64,000 nt of DNA from an uncultured Clostridia bacterium (lineage in GTDB: Bacteria; Bacillota; Clostridia; Peptostreptococcales; Anaerovoracaceae), in NCBI GenBank assembly GCA_934277695.1, contig CAKQVG010000003.1, positions 109,496 to 173,495 on the forward strand. The letters run 5' to 3'. Under the pieces are notes generated by a model. That model worked only from the letters and a program-made list of their open reading frames with translations, did no database searches and had not been told where the DNA came from. The position numbers and the translations under genes are program-made. Shown one piece after another: positions 58,769 through 64,000 of the stretch (position 1 is its first letter; each line of letters starts with the position of its first letter).

Positions 58769-59770
58769 ATGAAGACATTGTTTTTTAGTACAAAGAAGAT
58801 TACCTCTGCGCTTGCGTTTACATTGATGCTGATTGCCGTTACGGCATACTCTTACGGTGGTGAACGTGATCTTAATGTTGACTATCGAACGCCGGAGGAT
58901 ATTAATGCGTTTCTGCAATCTCATCCTGTCGCACATGATGCGTTTAGTGATTCCTATGAATTTTCTTATTCCGATTCTCCACAGCTCGGTTCGTCGTATG
59001 AACCCGGTTCCCTCTCAAAATCTGATTTGAATTCAGCTCTTCATATGCTTGAAAATATCCGTTATATTGCAGGACTCCCTGCGGATCTTAAACTTTCAAA
59101 CGATTACAATCGTATGGCTCAGGCCGCTTCACTGGTAAACTATTCTAATGATTCCATTTCACATTATCCCGAATTTCCTTCAAACATTTCATCAAAAACA
59201 GCAAAATCCGGTATAAAAGCCTGTGCTGAATCCAATCTAGCGTGGGATTCCTGGCAGAATACCAGTCTTGAACATTCAATCTTAAATGTCTGGATGAAAG
59301 ATGCCAATGCTTCCAATATTAAGGCATTGGGACATCGTCGTTGGATCCTGAGCCCGGAAATGAAAAGAACCGGCTTCGGTGCGGTATCCGGTTCCCGTGG
59401 CACCTACAGCACAATGTATGTTTTCGATTTCGGCAGAAAAGTTAAGACAAATTATCAGGTTGCCTGGCCTGCACAGCAAATGCCTGTCTCCTATTTCCCG
59501 GAAGGTACTCCGTGGAGTCTTTCTCTCGGTAAAGTATTAAACTCAGAAAAAATCAAAGTAACTCTTACAAGACTTTCAGATAACAAAGTATGGAATTTCT
59601 CAAAGAAACAAGCCGACGGTGATTTTTATGTAAACAACGACGGCTATGGTCAAAAAGGCTGTATTATTTTTAATCCGAAGAATATCGGCCACTGCAAAAG
59701 CGGCGACAGATTTATTGTTAAAGTTTCGGGAGCTGGCAAAGGAATCAGCTACAGCGTGAATTTCTTCTAG
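58769..59770 (+). CDS. Secreted CAP/SCP (PR-1-like) domain protein
   Basis: A 333-aa ORF with a signal peptide (MKTLFFSTKKITSALAFTLMLIAVTAYS), the CAP-like motif GHRRWILSPEMKRTGFG and an extra C-terminal beta-rich region. Confidence 0.72.
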   Translation: MKTLFFSTKKITSALAFTLMLIAVTAYSYGGERDLNVDYRTPEDINAFLQSHPVAHDAFSDSYEFSYSDSPQLGSSYEPGSLSKSDLNSALHMLENIRYIAGLPADLKLSNDYNRMAQAASLVNYSNDSISHYPEFPSNISSKTAKSGIKACAESNLAWDSWQNTSLEHSILNVWMKDANASNIKALGHRRWILSPEMKRTGFGAVSGSRGTYSTMYVFDFGRKVKTNYQVAWPAQQMPVSYFPEGTPWSLSLGKVLNSEKIKVTLTRLSDNKVWNFSKKQADGDFYVNNDGYGQKGCIIFNPKNIGHCKSGDRFIVKVSGAGKGISYSVNFF

Positions 59771-59801
59771 TCGGTGTCTGAGAATTAATTGCAAATGTAA
59801 A

Positions 59802-59831
59802 AAAATGTGCATCGAACTTGATGCACATTTT
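59802..59831. terminator. Bidirectional intrinsic terminator (CAP gene / hydA)
   Basis: AAAATGTGCATC-GAACTT-GATGCACATTTT forms a 12-bp stem with A/T runs on both sides. Confidence 0.7.
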
Positions 59832-59834
59832 GCT

Positions 59835-61571
59835 TTATTTATTATTCATCGACAGGCTCCATTCCTCGAGATTGGTGTGGAGCAGTTTGTGTGCACGATC
59901 GGAAAGCGGTTCTCCGAGGAATTCTTCATAGGTAAGCTGTACGGCTTTGTTTTCGTGGGAAAACCTCAAATTGTTCACCTTATCAAGCCCGTAAAGTTTC
60001 TTCGCTCTCTCGGAGGCAAGTTCCTGACCGTCTCTGAACGGTTGTCCGCCTCCGCCTACGCAGCCTCCCGGACATGCCATGATTTCAACAAAATCATACT
60101 CTGCCTTTCCGCTTCTGACAGCGTCTATCAGTGCTCTTGCGTTGCCTAGGCCGTTTGCTACGGCAACCTTAAGCTGTGTTCCCGCTAAATCAAATTTTGC
60201 TTCTTTCCAGCCCTTCATGCCTCTGACTTCCTTAAACGCATCAGGCTGTGGATTTTCGCCGGTTACGAGGTAATATGCGCTTCTGAGTGCTGCTTCCATA
60301 ACACCTCCGGTTGTTCCGAAAATCGTTGCCGCACCGGACCCTTCACCGAAAATGTCGTCAAACGGCATGTCCGTAAGATCCTGCGGTTTAATGCTGTCGC
60401 TTCTTATGAAGCGGTCGAGTTCTCTTGTTGTGAGCACAAGGTCTACATCCCTGCCGTGCTGGCTGTCGTTTACCTGAGGAACCGTCATCTCATATTTTTT
60501 TGCAACGCAAGGCATGATGGATACCGAGAAGATCCTATCGGGATCAATTCCGAGTTTATATGCGATAAAGGTCTTCGACATACTGCCGAACATCTGCTGC
60601 GGCGACTTCGCTGTGGACAAGTCCTCTACCAAATCCGGGTACTGTGTCTTGGCGAAACGAACCCAGCCCGGGCAGCAGGAAGTAAACATCGGCCATCTGT
60701 GACGGTTTCTGTTTGCAAGTCTTTCGAGGAACTCACTGCCTTCTTCCATAATGGTAAGGTCCGCTGTGTAATTCGTATCGAAAACATAGTCGATTCCGAT
60801 TTTCTTGAGGGCACATACAAGCTTGCCAAGTGTTGCATCCTTGTCTTTCAGTCCGATCTGCTCGCCCCAGGCGGTTCTTACGGCCGGTGCAATCTGCACC
60901 ATCGTGATGATGTCCGGATCCGCAAGCGCATCGTTTAAGTCAAATCTGTCGTCTCTTTCCCGCAAAGCCCCCACCGGGCAATGGGTAATGCACTGTCCGC
61001 AAAGTGCACAGTCTACACTGTTAATATCGCTGTTGTCTCTTACGCCGATGGTAGTTCTGTATCCGGAGCCCGACAAATTCCATACACCCAGCCCCTGTAT
61101 TTTTTCGCAGACCTGTATGCAGCGCATGCATTTCACACACTTGGATGCGTCTCTTATGATCGGCATTTCCTTGTCCCACCGGTCGATTTCGGCTGTGTTT
61201 TCGTAATCGCTTATGATAATACCCAAATCGTTTGCGATCGTCTGCAATGTGCAGTTTCCGCTCTTGATGCAGCTTGCACAGTTCGAGTTGTGGTCGGAAA
61301 GAATCAGTTCAACGTTGATTCTCCTTGTTCTCCTGACACGCGGGCTGTTTGTCATAATTTCCATGCCGTCCTCGCATACGGTATTGCACGCGGTTACCAG
61401 CTTTTCCATGCCTTTAATCTCGACGAGGCAGACTCTGCACGCACCGATTTCATTTAAGTCTTTCAGATAGCAGAGATGCGGAATATGGATGCCTACCTTT
61501 TCGGCAGCTTCCATGATGGTGGTTCCGTCTTCAACAGCTATGTTTTGTCCGTTTATAATCAGTTTTACCAT
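59835..61571 (-). CDS. hydA: [FeFe]-hydrogenase catalytic subunit (M3 architecture)
   Basis: A 578-aa ORF with an N-terminal 2Fe-2S domain, a His-ligated cluster (DHNSNCASCIKSGNC) and two ferredoxin-type CxxCxxCxxxC motifs. The H-cluster motifs are TSCCPGW, MPCVAKKYE and EIMACPGGCVGGGGQP. Confidence 0.93.
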   Translation of the reverse strand: MVKLIINGQNIAVEDGTTIMEAAEKVGIHIPHLCYLKDLNEIGACRVCLVEIKGMEKLVTACNTVCEDGMEIMTNSPRVRRTRRINVELILSDHNSNCASCIKSGNCTLQTIANDLGIIISDYENTAEIDRWDKEMPIIRDASKCVKCMRCIQVCEKIQGLGVWNLSGSGYRTTIGVRDNSDINSVDCALCGQCITHCPVGALRERDDRFDLNDALADPDIITMVQIAPAVRTAWGEQIGLKDKDATLGKLVCALKKIGIDYVFDTNYTADLTIMEEGSEFLERLANRNRHRWPMFTSCCPGWVRFAKTQYPDLVEDLSTAKSPQQMFGSMSKTFIAYKLGIDPDRIFSVSIMPCVAKKYEMTVPQVNDSQHGRDVDLVLTTRELDRFIRSDSIKPQDLTDMPFDDIFGEGSGAATIFGTTGGVMEAALRSAYYLVTGENPQPDAFKEVRGMKGWKEAKFDLAGTQLKVAVANGLGNARALIDAVRSGKAEYDFVEIMACPGGCVGGGGQPFRDGQELASERAKKLYGLDKVNNLRFSHENKAVQLTYEEFLGEPLSDRAHKLLHTNLEEWSLSMNNK

Positions 61572-63415
61572 TTTGTATTCCTACCTCCTCTGAATGATCC
61601 GAAGCCGTGATAATCGCATCTTAAGCATCGTGATGCTTCCTGCATTGCTTCTTCAAGGCTCATTCCTTGCTCGACCTCATCAAAGTCGTTGCCTCTCTGG
61701 TTTGCGAATCTTTCTTTCAGTTCCGTTCTTCCGCAAGGCATATTGTCATCAGGAGTCGGAAGCGGAATGTCTACATCGACTTCAATTTCATGGTTGAATC
61801 CGAGGTAGGAGTCAATGTTTGCGGCTGCGACCTTTCCGGCTGCAATCGCATTGATAACAGTTGACGGTCCCGTTACGCAGTCACCGCCTGCATATGTACC
61901 CTTAACATTTGCGATTACGCTGCTTTTCTTTGCCTGTATGTTTCCGCGGAATACAGGAATTCCATACTCTTCAAAGAATCGAATATCGGTTGCCTGTCCG
62001 ATTGCGGAAATAACAATATCGCAAGGAATCTTTTCTTCCGGCTCGGAAGAATCCATAGGCTTCGGTCTTCCCGAATTATCCGCTTTCCCGGCAATCTGCG
62101 GCTTCACCCAAAGAGCCTCAACTTCACCGTACTTATTGGTTTCGATTCTCGAAGGTGCCCTGAGCTGCAGGAGGTTACAGCCTTCTGCAATTGCCCCACC
62201 GATTTCGTCAGCAAGTGCGGTCATGTCATTTCTTCTTCTTCTGTAAACGATGCTTACATCTGTTGCTCCGAGACGTTTTGCTGTTCTTGCTACATCCATT
62301 GCCACATTGCCGCCGCCGATTACCACAACCACTTTGTCACGGAAGTCCGGCATCGCATCGTCTCCGATGCCTCTGAGCATTTCGACTGCCGGAATAACGC
62401 CTTTTGCGTATTCCCCCGGTATGCCGATGCTCTTTGCATTATGGGAACCAATTGAAATATAGGCGGCATCGAAATTGTTTCGGATTTCAGCCATGGCTTC
62501 CGGAGTCGAAACATCGTAATCGGTTTTTACTTCAATTCCGGTGGAAAGAATCGCATCAATATCCCACTGAAGTCTTTCTCTCGGCAAGCGGTAGTTCGGG
62601 ATTCCGTAGCGCAGCATTCCGCCGAGCTGTGCCCTCTTTTCGTATACGGTTACTTTGTGTCCCATAATGGCAAGGAAAAATGCAGCACTCAGCCCTGACG
62701 GACCTCCACCGATAACCGCAATCTTTTTGTTCGTGCTGTCCATCTTCTCCGGAACCGGAACATCGCCGCAGTTGTCAACTGCATAGCGCTTGAGTCCTCT
62801 GATATTAACAGGTGCGTCGATAAGCGTTCTTCTGCATCTTTGCTCGCAAGGATGTTCGCAAATCAACGCACAGACAGTTGGGAACGGATTGTCCTTTCGA
62901 ATCAGTCTTACCGCATCCGCATATCTTTCGCTTCTGAGAAGCGCCACATAGCCCGGTACATCCACGCCTGCAGGACACATCGCCACACAAGGCACCGGCT
63001 GCGCCTGATTGCGTATTCTGTCGGTACAGGTATGGTTCAAAATATGGGACTCAAAGTCCTCCCTGTATCCTTTCAGCCCTCTGAGTACCATGTTTGCGGC
63101 TTCGGTACCGATGGCACAGTCCGCCGAAACACTGATGGCCTCCGCTGTTCTTTCCAAAAGTTTCAGCTTGTCCATTTCTGTTTCATTATCAATGTCGACG
63201 ATGTCATCGATGATGTGCTGCAGCTGCCCGAGCCCGACACGGCACGGCACACATTTACCGCAGCTTTGCGAATGACAAAGCCTCAGGAAAGAAGCCGTTA
63301 AGTCAACCGGGCACTGCCCCGGTGGGCTTGCGATGATTCTTCTCTCCAAATCCTTGTACAGACCTTCCATGGTCTTTTGAGCAGTATCGTGTGATTTAAT
63401 GTATAATCGATTCAC
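61565..63415 (-). CDS. Iron-sulfur flavoprotein: NuoF-type 4Fe-4S module fused to a GltD-like NAD(P)H oxidoreductase
   Basis: A 616-aa ORF with a GTG start 7 nt after AGGAGG. It has SCGKCVPCRVG (NuoF C-terminal cluster motif), two GltD-type FeS motifs, and the Rossmann motifs IAVIGGGPSGLSAA and VVVIGGGNVAMDVA. Its stop overlaps the hydA start by 7 nt. Confidence 0.85.
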   Translation of the reverse strand: MNRLYIKSHDTAQKTMEGLYKDLERRIIASPPGQCPVDLTASFLRLCHSQSCGKCVPCRVGLGQLQHIIDDIVDIDNETEMDKLKLLERTAEAISVSADCAIGTEAANMVLRGLKGYREDFESHILNHTCTDRIRNQAQPVPCVAMCPAGVDVPGYVALLRSERYADAVRLIRKDNPFPTVCALICEHPCEQRCRRTLIDAPVNIRGLKRYAVDNCGDVPVPEKMDSTNKKIAVIGGGPSGLSAAFFLAIMGHKVTVYEKRAQLGGMLRYGIPNYRLPRERLQWDIDAILSTGIEVKTDYDVSTPEAMAEIRNNFDAAYISIGSHNAKSIGIPGEYAKGVIPAVEMLRGIGDDAMPDFRDKVVVVIGGGNVAMDVARTAKRLGATDVSIVYRRRRNDMTALADEIGGAIAEGCNLLQLRAPSRIETNKYGEVEALWVKPQIAGKADNSGRPKPMDSSEPEEKIPCDIVISAIGQATDIRFFEEYGIPVFRGNIQAKKSSVIANVKGTYAGGDCVTGPSTVINAIAAGKVAAANIDSYLGFNHEIEVDVDIPLPTPDDNMPCGRTELKERFANQRGNDFDEVEQGMSLEEAMQEASRCLRCDYHGFGSFRGGRNTKW

Positions 63416-64000
63416 TTGCTTGCCTCCTTTTCTTCTGCTCCAATACTTCTACATCTTTTGATTTTTTATTTCCAATGGCACTGAAGTCGATTTCCATAAT
63501 GAAAATACTCGCCACCATAAGAAAGGCACCTAAATATGATTTAAACGAAAGTATCTCATGTGCAAATACCGCAGCGACTACGCCTGCAAATACCGGCTCA
63601 AGCGCAAAGATTACACCTGTATGAGATGCCGTTGTGTATTGCTGTGCAACCGGCTGCACGATGAATGCCACACCTGTACAAAATACAGCAAGAAACAGTG
63701 CTGAGCCCCATACGGCTGCCGTTGTCGGCAGATGCGGTGTTTCAACAAGGAAGGACATAATGAGGTTCAATGTCCCCGTTACTCCCAGCTGGAATACCCC
63801 CATCTGATACGCATCCACTTCTTCATTCGACACAGCCTTTTCCGTAACAAGCAAATCAATAGCATAAGCGATGCCGCACATAATGCAAAGCAAGTCACCC
63901 TTTAAATTGTCCCTGTTAATCGAAAAATCATCCTTTAATGTGAGGAGCGCAATGCCTGCAAGACACATAAGAACGACAATGGTCAGTTTCTTGTTTGGTT
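63396..64000 (-). CDS. EamA/DMT-family transporter, C-terminal part (N-terminus lies outside the window)
   Basis: A hydrophobic multi-helix ORF that stays open to the right edge of the window, with the EamA repeat pattern. Its stop overlaps the start of the next gene by 20 nt. Confidence 0.72.
   Translation of the reverse strand, partial: PNKKLTIVVLMCLAGIALLTLKDDFSINRDNLKGDLLCIMCGIAYAIDLLVTEKAVSNEEVDAYQMGVFQLGVTGTLNLIMSFLVETPHLPTTAAVWGSALFLAVFCTGVAFIVQPVAQQYTTASHTGVIFALEPVFAGVVAAVFAHEILSFKSYLGAFLMVASIFIMEIDFSAIGNKKSKDVEVLEQKKRRQASESIIH

Overview
The window is a chromosomal segment of a Firmicutes/Clostridia-type anaerobe. That assignment rests on gene content only: ackA-rpmF, ylbJ, an H+-pyrophosphatase, an [FeFe]-hydrogenase, sigma-54 and AGGAGG ribosome-binding sites. 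I saw no rRNA, tRNA or CRISPR array. About two thirds of the window is dense housekeeping sequence, mostly on the minus strand. It contains asd/dapA, rpmF, ackA, murI, pepF, nadK, a murE-like ligase, a TPP riboswitch with thiT, crt and hppA. It also contains a secG-tpiA-gap-pgk-gap-rpoN block, trmL, hom, queA-ruvBAC, argR-recN and cstA. The outstanding region is 39.4-59.8 kb. It holds one uninterrupted 15,567-nt ORF (5188 aa) for a signal-peptide and sortase-signal surface protein. That protein has a DUF11-like head of about 2,085 aa, four CnaB-like domains and twenty Spy0128/FctA-like pilin-linker domains, including a 1.95-kb five-domain super-repeat. A membrane-anchored trigger-factor-C-like gene lies just upstream of it. 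Upstream of that is a 323-bp non-coding segment bracketed by a perfect 20-nt inverted repeat with lox/dif-like internal symmetry. This segment abuts a 273-aa tyrosine recombinase gene. I read this as a candidate recombinase-driven invertible promoter (phase-variation switch) for the giant adhesin operon. Beyond it are Rpn/PD-(D/E)XK transposase remnants and a secreted CAP-domain protein. A two-gene [FeFe]-hydrogenase plus NuoF-FeS/GltD-like module closes the window. Smaller oddities are a HicB-AlbA_2-HATPase fusion next to a Fic protein with a degenerate motif, a TmcAL-MTHFS fusion, a Cys/Pro-rich mini-protein, and two divergent GAPDH paralogues flanking pgk. All calls come from reading the sequence and ORF translations. 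No database search was run, and domain boundaries are approximate.
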